A DNA stretch of 64,000 nucleotides, from IMG/VR virus record IMGVR_UViG_3300024999_000083; one strand, 5' to 3'. The DNA is from a virus. The notes under the pieces were generated by a model. It saw only the letters and a list, made by a program, of their open reading frames with translations, was not told where the DNA came from and made no database searches. Within the stretch, counting starts at the first letter, position 1. Each line of letters begins with the position of its first letter. This document shows positions 48,211 through 58,684 of the stretch, piece by piece. Position numbers and translations under genes: made by a program.

Positions 48211-48524
48211 ATGAATGATTAGGAGGTATGATTATATGGGATTTTTATAATTTGTTAAGTAGTTTTACTAAACCTGAAATTGATATTGATGAATTAGTTG
48301 ATTTTATAGCTGAAGGGACACATATTGACAGAGGAATTATTGAAATTATTTTAGAGGCAGAAGATATTTATTTGAGAGAAAAAGGGATCATATATTAGAT
48401 TGGAGAGTGATGGATGTCACTCTTTTCTTTTTGAGGATTATTTTATTAAATTTATAAAAACTAGTGCTAAAAAGTTGCATTTGGAATAGATAATCAATAT
48501 AATGTGTGAAAGGGTTGATTTGAG

Positions 48525-50123
48525 ATGATTTTTAAATTTGATAAAGTTGGAAATATGGAAAATATAGATGTGGAAGGAGATATACAGGATATGGCAAGGA
48601 AAGGTAAGGATAAGGATAGGTTTAATCAAATGGATATGAATGTGGTTAATCAGGTAAAGGAAGAGGTTTTAAATACTATGACAGAAACACAAAGTCAAGT
48701 AGCTGCAGGATTTGAAAGTCTAGATGAAATTATTGGTGATGAGGATATGGTTCAACAACATGAAACAGAATTAGTTAAAGAAATGGATGCGGAAGTAGAC
48801 GATGAAAAATTAAAGCAACAAATGAGGGAATTAAATATGAGGAATATGCCTAGCTTGAGTAATTTGAGTAGAATGAAAGATGAAGGGGAGGGGAAGGAAA
48901 GTAGTGGAGATGGAGTAGGAAGTGATAAAGAGCAAATTCCGAAGGATCATTTTAATGAAGAATACAGCGATGCTCAAAGGAAGAAAGATGAATTAGCGAA
49001 GAAAAGGGAAGCGAATAAATTAAAGAAACAGATGAAAGAAAGATTAGAGCAATTAAATAGTGCAGTAGATAAGTCATTTGAGTTTGATAACGTACTTGTT
49101 ACTATGCGTGATGGTGTGCCGAAAAAGTTTCATTTATCATTGTCAGTGACGCAATTGGCTGAATTATACCTATCAGGACGCATATTCTATAAAAGTTCAG
49201 AGCAAAGGGGAGAAAAACACACAAGTAAAGGTGATGTTCCACTAATTAATGTGAAGCATACAAAGGATATATTAAACGCTCTATTATCTTCTTCATCTGT
49301 CAGTGGGGGATGTATCTACCTTAATTATGCAAAAGAAAATGAAGATGACTTATTTTTTGACTCTCAGAACAATACTTTATCAGGAAATTCTCCACTTTCA
49401 GTCTTAGATGGAGCCCACAGATTGGAGGCTATGGTGCTCTGGTATAGGGCGTTCTCTAAATTAAAAGATATTTCTACAATGAAAAATCCAAATGACTTTT
49501 ATTTTCCCGTAACAATAGAGAACGCTACGCACGAGGAGTCTAAGAATATTTTCGTCGAACTGAATAGTTTTAGTCTTCCAATTAGCAAGACTCGCATTGC
49601 CTTCCATGACGTATATAGCTTAAGTAACGTGATTGCGCAGAAGGTAATGAATGAATCCTCTCTTCGTAGCAAAATAGAGGTAATTTCTAATTCACTTCGT
49701 AAATCCAGTTCTAATGTAATGACGTTTAGTAGTTTATCAAAAGGATGTTCTTTATTTTCTCCTGACACTAAGAATCAAGCAAATGAAATTGGTTCTTATC
49801 TCTGTGACTTCTGGGATACCATCATAGAACTTTTCCCTAAAATATATGGTAATGTTACTCCTGAAGTAAAACAAATAGAGAAACTTAATACCTATATCGG
49901 AGAAGTTATGTTTATCCATGCGCTGTTCGGCATTTCTGTAGAATTACAATTTGTTAGTGATTGGAAAGATAAACTTAAAAAATTGACACAACCAAGTAGT
50001 TTTTTGAGTCGAGATAATGACTTATGGATAAGAAATATTACTCGTAATGAAGGGAAATTAATCAATACTAGTAAAACTCAAGATTTTGTGAAGGATCAGT
50101 TATTGGCGAAGGTATTAGGTTAA
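48525..50123 (+). CDS. DGQHR/DndB-like (ParB/Srx-fold) protein with acidic N-terminal extension
   Basis: DGAHRLEA motif in the central domain; 150-aa acidic low-complexity N-terminus. Confidence 0.45.
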   Translation: MIFKFDKVGNMENIDVEGDIQDMARKGKDKDRFNQMDMNVVNQVKEEVLNTMTETQSQVAAGFESLDEIIGDEDMVQQHETELVKEMDAEVDDEKLKQQMRELNMRNMPSLSNLSRMKDEGEGKESSGDGVGSDKEQIPKDHFNEEYSDAQRKKDELAKKREANKLKKQMKERLEQLNSAVDKSFEFDNVLVTMRDGVPKKFHLSLSVTQLAELYLSGRIFYKSSEQRGEKHTSKGDVPLINVKHTKDILNALLSSSSVSGGCIYLNYAKENEDDLFFDSQNNTLSGNSPLSVLDGAHRLEAMVLWYRAFSKLKDISTMKNPNDFYFPVTIENATHEESKNIFVELNSFSLPISKTRIAFHDVYSLSNVIAQKVMNESSLRSKIEVISNSLRKSSSNVMTFSSLSKGCSLFSPDTKNQANEIGSYLCDFWDTIIELFPKIYGNVTPEVKQIEKLNTYIGEVMFIHALFGISVELQFVSDWKDKLKKLTQPSSFLSRDNDLWIRNITRNEGKLINTSKTQDFVKDQLLAKVLG

Positions 50124-50149
50124 TGGTTTAACATTGAAACGTAAAAAAA

Positions 50150-50188
50150 ATAGAGAGTAATCACTTTTAATTTGTGATTACTCTCTAT
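50150..50188. terminator. bidirectional terminator (15-bp stem ATAGAGAGTAATCAC / GTGATTACTCTCTAT)
   Basis: Perfect stem, 9-nt loop, between convergent genes, with flanking A/T runs. Confidence 0.7.
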
Positions 50189-50192
50189 AATA

Positions 50193-51317
50193 TTATATTA
50201 CGATTAAACCAGACTCAATATTTTGTTTAAATTCCTCAAATTGCTCAGGAGTATTATCATCTCCATATAATTTATGATATAAAGTATGCACTTTCTTGCA
50301 TAGACATACCCCTAAAGGATACTTGTCGTGCATTTCAATTATTTTTATTTTTAATGTATGTAACTCATCTGAAGAATATTTACCAATTTCCGTATGGACA
50401 GGAAGTTCACATTCACTGACAACTTCTCTTAATATTTTATTAAAAGAATATAAGTGGTGAATCACATTAAAACCTTCACCTGTTATTACACATTTATAAT
50501 TACAATTGAACATACTTTTCTTTTTCCAATCTGTAATAAATTCTCTTAAATATACACCTAAACTAGAGTATCCTCCTTTCCAAGAATTAACGTTGCTGTG
50601 ACGATCACGATTACAAAGAAAACAACCTTCTCCTCCAAACAATAAACTATTTAACGATTTATATTGAATTATATCTGGATGATAAGGACAAATATACTTC
50701 AATGGAATCGCACAGCTTGTATATTCCTGTGGTGGTAAATAAAATCCATATTTTGCGAACTCTTCAAATGCTATTTCATATGTATATTTCCTATTTTTTA
50801 TTTTGCCTAACCCTAAATACTTAAGAAAATCATCATATGTTTTTATATTTTCCTTAGAATTTTCAATAAACCATTTAGCGGATGGCAAACCATAATCATG
50901 TCTTTTTAATTCTCTAAGTGTTATTGACCTTTTTATTTCACTATATATGAATTTAAAAATTAATATGTATTCGTGATATGTTTTTGTTGGTTTCCAACTT
51001 TCTCCTATTGTTTTTTCATATTTTTTAATAGGAATACTAACAGGAATACTTGGATTAAAAACCAATTTAACAAAATCAACATAATTATCAACAATTGATT
51101 CTGGATAATTTTTAACAAACCAATTTTGGGTCGGCAAATTATTCATCTTTAAATCTTCTTTATTTGGTATTTCAATTAATTTACCGCATAATTCTTTAAA
51201 CTTTTCCAAACATTCTTTATATTTTTTAGTATACTTTTTAGACATTTTTATACAACCTTCTTTCTTTTTATTAAACAGTAGTTTTATATTTAGATATCGC
51301 TTTTTGAAGCAATTCAC
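50193..51317 (-). CDS. HNH-like endonuclease family protein
   Basis: C-terminal CNYKCVITGEGFNVIHHLYSFNKI...HTLYH His/Cys motifs. Confidence 0.35.
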   Translation of the reverse strand: MNCFKKRYLNIKLLFNKKKEGCIKMSKKYTKKYKECLEKFKELCGKLIEIPNKEDLKMNNLPTQNWFVKNYPESIVDNYVDFVKLVFNPSIPVSIPIKKYEKTIGESWKPTKTYHEYILIFKFIYSEIKRSITLRELKRHDYGLPSAKWFIENSKENIKTYDDFLKYLGLGKIKNRKYTYEIAFEEFAKYGFYLPPQEYTSCAIPLKYICPYHPDIIQYKSLNSLLFGGEGCFLCNRDRHSNVNSWKGGYSSLGVYLREFITDWKKKSMFNCNYKCVITGEGFNVIHHLYSFNKILREVVSECELPVHTEIGKYSSDELHTLKIKIIEMHDKYPLGVCLCKKVHTLYHKLYGDDNTPEQFEEFKQNIESGLIVI

Positions 51318-51661
51318 TATTTTGGAACATGTAAATTGTTCTACCTGTATTTTTTAGATCAGATTTAATTCCTGTGATAGAGAACCCATTAATGAGAAGG
51401 TGTCCAGCTAACTTTTGTGAGAAACAATTATAAATATTCATTGTTAACACTCCTTTTTAGACATAGAAATAGAGAGGGTATTATATTTACCCTCTCTTAA
51501 AACACAATTAATCAATATAAATTTACTAGGAATACATACTTTTATTGGATAAATAAAAATTAATAATTTTATCCAAATTTGAACAAAAAACTAAATATGT
51601 TATAATAAACACCTATAAATATACACATACTATACACACAAATTAAGGAGGTATTAAATCA

Positions 51662-51934
51662 ATGTCTAAATATGTGTATACAACTGGAGACACAAGCATA
51701 AATTCTCAAAGGAATCCAAATATCCCAATAATTTGTCCAATATGTAAAAGTGAAAATGTTAAACCGTTTAACATGGTTGCTTGTATTCGTATGGAATCAC
51801 CAGGGCTTACAATAAATCATGCACCAACTATTACACAAATATGCAATGATTGTGGTTATCTTATGTTCTTTATGAGAATTAAAACTGAAGAAGAAAAATT
51901 AAAAGATGCCGAAGAAAATGAAAAGTGGAAATAG
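51662..51934 (+). CDS. zinc-ribbon protein
   Basis: CPICKSEN...CNDCGY; GGAGG RBS. Confidence 0.5.
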   Translation: MSKYVYTTGDTSINSQRNPNIPIICPICKSENVKPFNMVACIRMESPGLTINHAPTITQICNDCGYLMFFMRIKTEEEKLKDAEENEKWK

Positions 51935-51961
51935 AATAACTATTCTCTAATTCTTATATTG

Positions 51962-51998
51962 ATACTCCTAACTGCTAATCAAAAGCAGTTAGGAGTAT
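51962..51998. terminator. bidirectional rho-independent terminator (15-bp stem)
   Basis: ATACTCCTAACTGCT / AGCAGTTAGGAGTAT, 7-nt loop, then TTGTTTTACTTTT; between convergent genes. Confidence 0.7.
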
Positions 51999-52016
51999 TT
52001 GTTTTACTTTTATTAT

Positions 52017-52550
52017 CTACCTTCTACTAATACCTAATTCACAAACCTTTAAATCTCCAAATTCCATAAGATGATCATACAAACTCATTCCAAATCCTTG
52101 AGTATTAACGTACACCTCGTATCCTTTAGTGATAGCTATATTATGAATCATATTTGCATAACTCTTCATACTTATTGGTTCTTGATATTTTCTTGAATCC
52201 AAGGTAATTAATTTTTTATCAACATATATTAATACTTTATTATTATCTCTACCTGTACCGTTAGTCCAAATGCAATCAACATACATTGGTTCAGTACATT
52301 TAATTTGTGGTTTTAATCTTGTACTTTGACTAATTTTATGAATCATATCTAGAATATCCTTTTTAGTTTTTACATCTTCCTGTGGAGTTGTCATAAATTG
52401 ATATTCTAGTTCAAACATTGATCTTATCATAAATCCCATATCACATGGAATAAGATAAATATCATTCCATAGTTTACATTTTTCCTCAATATATTCTTCT
52501 TGTGTTTGTTGTTTATATAATACATCTCTCATTATTAATCCTTCTTTCAA
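52017..52550 (-). CDS. hypothetical protein
   Basis: ORF. Confidence 0.45.
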   Translation of the reverse strand: MKEGLIMRDVLYKQQTQEEYIEEKCKLWNDIYLIPCDMGFMIRSMFELEYQFMTTPQEDVKTKKDILDMIHKISQSTRLKPQIKCTEPMYVDCIWTNGTGRDNNKVLIYVDKKLITLDSRKYQEPISMKSYANMIHNIAITKGYEVYVNTQGFGMSLYDHLMEFGDLKVCELGISRR

Positions 52551-52572
52551 ATTTTATTTAGTAATTAATTTC

Positions 52573-53505
52573 CTAAATATTCTTTACACTCTTATACAAT
52601 TGTCCAATCATTTCTAACAAATTCTTTCTTGTCAAAACAGTATCCTTAGTTTTTGCAATATCATCATATTCTTCTTGGAGTCCAATTAATGAATCCATTA
52701 AGAATTTGTTTGCAGGAGTAACTTGGAAAGATTGATATAATTCATATTTTCTATTAATATCTTCCTCTGTGTCATCCTTCACACTTTTCTCTTCTGATGG
52801 CTTACTCATGATTGCATATTCTTCATACCACTTATTCTCTTTAATTTTATCCATTATACCTTGATTAAACATTCCAACATCCATGCCAGTTTTATAATCT
52901 TCATTTAATATATTAGTTGTACAATTTCCATATAATTTTTCTAAATGAAAATTATAATTATTAGTTGTAACAAATGAAATTGTTCTATTCCCAGTAATGT
53001 TTTTTAATGATGTTGGTAATATTCCATCAAAGAATATGTAATCAAAATTCATTACATTATGGTCAATAGGAATCGTATGCCAATTGATAATATTTATGGT
53101 TTTAAAATCATAAAATACAATTCTCATATCTTCTTTAGTCATATGAATATCCTTAATTAAGTTCTTTAAATCATTATTCATTCTAAGTATTTCATCTAAT
53201 TTATTCTTTAAGGAACTTAACCAATCATGTTTTCCTCTAAGATATAAAACATTTTCTGGCCTATTTTTAAGTATAGTTGCTAAAATAGTATAGGTTGCTC
53301 CTAGTCCTCTAGACCAATTGCAGATTAATGTATCTCTTCCTGATTTAATTTGAATTGCTTTTTGATAATCAAACATTGTAATATTAACATCTTCCCACTT
53401 TACTCCGTTATTTGAATTGTAATTATTAAATTTTGGCATTTTTAATTCCTTCTTTCTCTCACATTTCACACAAATTTTTGTTTTTGAGAAGACATATATT
53501 TTCAT
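52573..53505 (-). CDS. hypothetical protein
   Basis: 310-aa ORF. Confidence 0.45.
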   Translation of the reverse strand: MKIYVFSKTKICVKCERKKELKMPKFNNYNSNNGVKWEDVNITMFDYQKAIQIKSGRDTLICNWSRGLGATYTILATILKNRPENVLYLRGKHDWLSSLKNKLDEILRMNNDLKNLIKDIHMTKEDMRIVFYDFKTINIINWHTIPIDHNVMNFDYIFFDGILPTSLKNITGNRTISFVTTNNYNFHLEKLYGNCTTNILNEDYKTGMDVGMFNQGIMDKIKENKWYEEYAIMSKPSEEKSVKDDTEEDINRKYELYQSFQVTPANKFLMDSLIGLQEEYDDIAKTKDTVLTRKNLLEMIGQLYKSVKNI

Positions 53506-53585
53506 ATGTCTTCTCCATGTTTGTTCTTTTAATGACCAGAATTAACTGTTCTTTATAGAGCTATCCAAAGAGTATTGATTTGCTA

Positions 53586-54233
53586 TTATAAAGTTATATA
53601 AAGGCGATTACTTGGTTCATTGTTAGAAATATAAACTCCATGCAAATATTTAAATATATCTGGATATTTCTCACTCAAAATTTTTGCTTCAAAAACTGAA
53701 TCATCTGTGATTTCAACATAATATGTTTGTTGTTTTGAATCTAAAGACTTTAATTTCTCATTTATTTTGTCTTCTTCATATTCTATTGCTTTATCTAACT
53801 TTTTTAATTGTTCCTCCTGCTTATCTCTAGGTCTATCCCTCTCAATTCTATTTATTTTATCAGCTAATTTCACATAAGAATCACTTAAACATCTAAACTG
53901 ATTGTAATCACTTTTACATTTTTTCATTAATATGTGTAAATCTTTAGACTCAATAATCAATCTATTTAAAAATTCTTCCGCAAATTCTGAATCATACTTA
54001 AATAAACTATAATCGAACATTTTATTTAAGACATCATAACTCTTCAGGAGTGTGTCTACCATGCCTCTATATGGTCTAAAATCTTTAACATAATTAACGA
54101 AATCTGAAGATGCAGAGTCTATTCCTGCTAATTTTTGCTCTTCATTTCTAAAATCCTTCATCTCTTCTTTATTTTTTATAACCCATAATTCATCTAAAAT
54201 ATACTCAATATGGTTTTTAATTGTATCAATCAT
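53586..54233 (-). CDS. hypothetical protein
   Basis: ORF. Confidence 0.45.
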   Translation of the reverse strand: MIDTIKNHIEYILDELWVIKNKEEMKDFRNEEQKLAGIDSASSDFVNYVKDFRPYRGMVDTLLKSYDVLNKMFDYSLFKYDSEFAEEFLNRLIIESKDLHILMKKCKSDYNQFRCLSDSYVKLADKINRIERDRPRDKQEEQLKKLDKAIEYEEDKINEKLKSLDSKQQTYYVEITDDSVFEAKILSEKYPDIFKYLHGVYISNNEPSNRLYITL

Positions 54234-54284
54234 TTTTATTCCTTCTTTCTTGACGTTTAGTTCGTCACCTTTTTTATTTAAATT

Positions 54285-54530
54285 TTAACCTTCAAACTGA
54301 TTTATTTTGTTTCCAATCCTATTTAAATTAAGAGTAGTAATTTCCATTACTTTATTTGACAAGTCTTTCAAATCTAATTTCTCTTTTTGCAATTCTTTTA
54401 CCAATTGTTCTAAATAATTAATTCTAGTCTCCATATTAAATAATTGCTCCGCTAACTCTTTTGTAGAATTAACTTCTTTCCCAAATGTATCCCATACATG
54501 CTTCTCCAATTCAACTCTTGATTCAATCAT
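54285..54530 (-). CDS. hypothetical coiled-coil protein
   Basis: ORF. Confidence 0.4.
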   Translation of the reverse strand: MIESRVELEKHVWDTFGKEVNSTKELAEQLFNMETRINYLEQLVKELQKEKLDLKDLSNKVMEITTLNLNRIGNKINQFEG

Positions 54531-54567
54531 TTTGTCTCACCTCCTCTCATAAAATTACCCTTAACTC

Positions 54568-54771
54568 CTACTCATTCATCAAAGCCATAATTTCGCTCTT
54601 ACCTTTTAAACCACCAATCATCATTGCCCAATTATCTCTAGTTTTCTCTGAATAAGTTGACCATACTGATTTTAATTCGCTGTAGAGTTCTTCCATTTTG
54701 TATCCTTTTAACACTATAACATAGCCAATCTTTTCTGCTTCTTCCATAGTCATAGTTTTAATTTCTTCCAT
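54568..54771 (-). CDS. hypothetical protein
   Basis: GGAGGTG RBS. Confidence 0.4.
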   Translation of the reverse strand: MEEIKTMTMEEAEKIGYVIVLKGYKMEELYSELKSVWSTYSEKTRDNWAMMIGGLKGKSEIMALMNE

Positions 54772-54806
54772 TTTATCACCTCCTTTCGATAATTACCTTT
54801 TATATT

Positions 54807-55121
54807 TTACTCACTGACATTTAACTCTCTCATGTGAACAGATTTAATTTCTTTATATGGCTCACTATTTTTCTCCCAAATATTCTTTACATAATAAGTG
54901 TTTCCACCAATATTAATTATCTCATCTGCCCCAACTTTAATCTCTTTTAATATTTCATTATATTTTTGTTCTGCATCTTTTTTGGACGCAAATAATTTCT
55001 CAAAATTCAATCCATACTGAAGATCCCTTGTGGTTCCCTGATAGAATTTAGAATAGCTTTCTTCTTCCATAGGTTGATAATTAATAATATCTGTTTCTTG
55101 CATTACTTTATAGATTTTCAT
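54807..55121 (-). CDS. hypothetical protein
   Basis: ORF. Confidence 0.4.
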   Translation of the reverse strand: MKIYKVMQETDIINYQPMEEESYSKFYQGTTRDLQYGLNFEKLFASKKDAEQKYNEILKEIKVGADEIINIGGNTYYVKNIWEKNSEPYKEIKSVHMRELNVSE

Positions 55122-55155
55122 TTTTTATTCCTTCTTTCATTTAATTTCGAATAAC

Positions 55156-55548
55156 TTACCTATGATATACTCCCAACACATTACTCATAGGAATTATTGC
55201 AATTTTATAATTTCCTTTTTCATTTTTGTAGATTATTTCTGCAATTTCTGTACATTGCAATCCAATGTTTTCTGCAAACTGATCAGTTTTAACATTTAGA
55301 ACATAACCTTCAATTTCATTCTTGTTAGAATCTATGAATATTACTTGTTGATTTTGTAACATTTGCATTTCACCTCCTTTTATAATTTGATTATTGTTAA
55401 ATACACTTATAATAACTTTATAAGCTGTATCACAATCATATTCTATAATGCCATTTACTTCTTTCCTTAGACCATTATCATCTTCTAAGAATACAGGCAT
55501 ATCATCATCCATTACTTGCAATATTTCTATAAGTTCTTTTACTTTCAT
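55156..55548 (-). CDS. hypothetical protein
   Basis: GGAGGTG RBS. Confidence 0.45.
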   Translation of the reverse strand: MKVKELIEILQVMDDDMPVFLEDDNGLRKEVNGIIEYDCDTAYKVIISVFNNNQIIKGGEMQMLQNQQVIFIDSNKNEIEGYVLNVKTDQFAENIGLQCTEIAEIIYKNEKGNYKIAIIPMSNVLGVYHR

Positions 55549-55583
55549 TTATTTTCACCTCCTTAATTTAGTATAATATAATA

Positions 55584-56267
55584 CTAAACTCCAAGCATCC
55601 CAACACCTATTTTCATATAGAAGCACAATCCATTTTCTTTTTTAATTAAAATAAAACAATTATCAAATCCAATCTTAATTGGTTTTTCTTTAATCACATT
55701 AGCCATTAATGTATGTTCTTGTAGAGTTTCAATCTGGCTTTTTAGATATTTTTCAATATTATTTAAGATACAATTAACTAGTTCCTTTAAAGTAAGTTTG
55801 TTTTCCCTAAACCTACGTAGATTACTTTCTATATCAAAATATACTATTTTTGTTTCTAAAATAATATTATTGTCAATTATTTCTCTTTTGTAAACACTAC
55901 CATCCTTACTTAGAATATTTAGAGTGTATGGTTTTAAATTAGAGACACGGAAATTTAGATTATTGCCCCAAGATGAATTTCTGAATTCAACAATATTAGG
56001 AAGATATGAAAAGAATTTATCTGGAATAATTTTTTCTAATATTTCCTCTAATATTTCATGTATTGTATATTCATAATTCAAAATGTGTGGAATATTAATA
56101 TTATCCCAATTATTTATATTAGATTGCATTTCATCAATTAATAATTGTCCAACCATTTTTCTAAATTTCAATTCACTATAATTAGTATTACCATCACTTA
56201 AAATGTCTTCTGCTTCTTTGACTATATCGTTTAATTTATCAGACATGTTATACACTTCTCCATTCAT
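55584..56267 (-). CDS. hypothetical protein
   Basis: ORF. Confidence 0.45.
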   Translation of the reverse strand: MNGEVYNMSDKLNDIVKEAEDILSDGNTNYSELKFRKMVGQLLIDEMQSNINNWDNINIPHILNYEYTIHEILEEILEKIIPDKFFSYLPNIVEFRNSSWGNNLNFRVSNLKPYTLNILSKDGSVYKREIIDNNIILETKIVYFDIESNLRRFRENKLTLKELVNCILNNIEKYLKSQIETLQEHTLMANVIKEKPIKIGFDNCFILIKKENGLCFYMKIGVGMLGV

Positions 56268-56309
56268 TTTATAAATTTTGGTTTATTGAATAATTATTTA
56301 TGTATTTGA

Positions 56310-56924
56310 CTATATTGCGGTTAGGAGTTGATTTGATTTTATGTAATCATCGTAGTACATCCATTTGAGAGGTTCGTTGGTAATTGGGTGTTTCCCTGCG
56401 TATTCACTAATTCCTCTACAACATGAACATATGCCACTGCTGCTAAATATACCATATTTCTTACGAGCATCTGTTTGTGACTTAAATATCTCCCCTGTAT
56501 TTAAGCATATTACTTTTTTACTACGTCTCTCACTAGTTAAAGCATATTGTTTTTCTAATTCTACTTTAGCATCATAATCGCACCATTTTAATTCGACTCC
56601 CTGTTTTAAATATTTTCTAACGGATGTTGTGCTAATTTTTAATTGTTCGGCTATTAATAGTGTGTTTTTTAAACCATTTTCCCATAAATCACAAACTGTT
56701 TTAACCAAACTACTACAAGCATATTTGTGGCATTTTAACCAATCTATATCTGATTCCTTAAAATTAAATAATTGTGGTAATTCTGAATTCATAATGCTAT
56801 TCTTTATGTACTTCCATTCAGATTTTAAACTATCAATTCTTATAATTTTTACATTATTTTCTCTACACAGTCTATCTTTTTCATCATCAATATATTTAAC
56901 ATTTTCTTTAGTTTTATCAAACAT
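56310..56924 (-). CDS. homing-endonuclease-like protein (HTH plus NUMOD-like DNA-binding motif)
   Basis: ISTTSVRKYLKQG (HTH) and KVICLNTGEIFKSQTDARKKYGI (NUMOD-like) motifs. Confidence 0.35.
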   Translation of the reverse strand: MFDKTKENVKYIDDEKDRLCRENNVKIIRIDSLKSEWKYIKNSIMNSELPQLFNFKESDIDWLKCHKYACSSLVKTVCDLWENGLKNTLLIAEQLKISTTSVRKYLKQGVELKWCDYDAKVELEKQYALTSERRSKKVICLNTGEIFKSQTDARKKYGIFSSSGICSCCRGISEYAGKHPITNEPLKWMYYDDYIKSNQLLTAI

Positions 56925-57877
56925 TTTAATATTCTTTGTATGAAATCCCCATCCATTTCAACTCCATATTGTTTTGTGTTTATTTTAAAATATAAGTCTA
57001 TCCTGCCTTTATGCAATTCTTCTTTATATTCATATTTCAACCAACTAAAAGATTTCTCCGTTTTGAAATCTTTGATTATTTTTAATTTTCTTATTTGTTC
57101 CATAAAATTAAATCCAAATTTATTAGGATAACTAATTCCGTCACTACATTTATTACAACCAAAACCATGCCTTACTAATGTGTCAAATGACAATTCTTTT
57201 TCGTACCCACATTCTGGACATTTCGTAGGTATATTAATTCCAGAACCTTTTGAATATTTCTTTGAGTCGTCTTTATTTATTAAGAATATATCTAAATATG
57301 GATTGGTTACTGATACTGAATTACATAATTTACACTCAAGACTCCTCCTGCTATGTGTAAAACAACTTATACTTTTCAATTCAGATTCATGTTCTGGGTG
57401 ATCAAGGCACTTAAACCAATAACCTTGTTTTTCATACCCACCAGAACTATAACTAACGTCTTTAGGACTTAACATATTGCCTTTTCTATCAACATTTAAT
57501 TCATAATCCCATCTGCTTAATATGTAGTCTGCCAATTCTTTAAGTAGATTTTCATAACACCAATCGTAAAAAGATAGACTATTTTTTAATCTTGATTTTC
57601 TATAGTTTTCAGATCCATATAAAACTATAGCACAGTTATTACAATAATATGTTCCGTCTTCTTTTACGCATTTTTTATAATCTTTCCATTTTACTTTCTT
57701 TAACTTACCACATTTGTTACATTCAACTTCAACTGATATATTAGATCCATTTTGCAAATCTTCGATTTTAACTTCAAATTCATCTTTAAACTTTGTAAAT
57801 GCGTGACCCTTTCCTTCATACCATTTTTTATTGTTTGAATGCCATTTAACGTAAAACTCTTTTGTCAATAATCCCAT
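56849..57877 (-). CDS. multi zinc-ribbon protein
   Basis: At least five CxxC pairs (CNKCGK, CNNCA, CKLCNS, CPECG, CNKCSDG). Confidence 0.45.
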   Translation of the reverse strand: MGLLTKEFYVKWHSNNKKWYEGKGHAFTKFKDEFEVKIEDLQNGSNISVEVECNKCGKLKKVKWKDYKKCVKEDGTYYCNNCAIVLYGSENYRKSRLKNSLSFYDWCYENLLKELADYILSRWDYELNVDRKGNMLSPKDVSYSSGGYEKQGYWFKCLDHPEHESELKSISCFTHSRRSLECKLCNSVSVTNPYLDIFLINKDDSKKYSKGSGINIPTKCPECGYEKELSFDTLVRHGFGCNKCSDGISYPNKFGFNFMEQIRKLKIIKDFKTEKSFSWLKYEYKEELHKGRIDLYFKINTKQYGVEMDGDFIQRILKCLIKLKKMLNILMMKKIDCVEKIM

Positions 57878-57977
57878 TAATTTTCTCTCCTCCTGATCAG
57901 GGAGGGTAGCTACCCATACACTTGCAAGTTATATCCCGTATATATTTATTTTTTAATTTAAAAACCATTTTTGAACT

Positions 57978-58145
57978 TAATACTTAAAACTTTTCATAGT
58001 TTCATTATCTACAAGAAATCTGATTTGATGTCCACATTTTGAACAAGAAAATACTCCAATTGCATTTCCAGTAGTTGGATTATAACTGATATTTGATGGT
58101 TTATATAGTATTTGACACGTTTCACAAATTATTAAATTTCTCATA
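57978..58145 (-). CDS. small zinc-ribbon protein (about 55 aa)
   Basis: MRNLIICETCQ...CSKCGHQ; coordinates approximate. Confidence 0.3.
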
Positions 58146-58469
58146 ATACGCTCCTTTGCTTGTGCGTTTTGTAATTTATTTCGTGGTCGTTTGAAACGTC
58201 CTCGGATTATATATATGCGAAATATTATTTATTAACGTTTGTCTAATTATTTATTAACGTAAATTTACACTCACCTAAAACTAGACCAATTTCCACATCT
58301 AATATCTATTGGTTCAAACACATACATAAATCTTCTTCTCTTGTTAAATATAATTGATATTTCCTTTAATCCTTTGTGTTTCCCATGTTTATGAAACCAC
58401 ATTCCTTTATTTCTAATTTTTACGGCAGTTTTAGAATTCATAGAACACCACATCCTTTTATTAATTTAA

Positions 58470-58646
58470 TCAAATCCATCTGGTTCTCTCTTTCAAATAA
58501 ATCAATATCAATCCTACTCCTATATTGCATCCTGCCAATAAATATTTTCCATTTACAATATTGGCAATAGCATTAACTCCACCAAATATTATCCAAAAAG
58601 TTAATTCTTGTTTGTAAGTTAATTTTCTTAATTTCATATATTCCAT
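58470..58646 (-). CDS. small two-TM membrane protein just downstream of cas12f (coordinates approximate)
   Basis: MEYMKLRKLTYKQELTFWIIFGGVNAIANIVNGKYLLAGCNIGVGLILIYLKERTRWI, translated by hand from the minus strand. Confidence 0.3.
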   Translation of the reverse strand: MEYMKLRKLTYKQELTFWIIFGGVNAIANIVNGKYLLAGCNIGVGLILIYLKERTRWI

Positions 58647-58684
58647 CACTTTCTTCTAAAATTTTACTTATATGCAATTACAAT

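Noticed and set aside
52573-53505. Terminase large subunit-like ATPase (NWSRGLGATYT)
   Set aside because: The putative P-loop lacks the invariant Lys. No other terminase motifs could be identified by eye.
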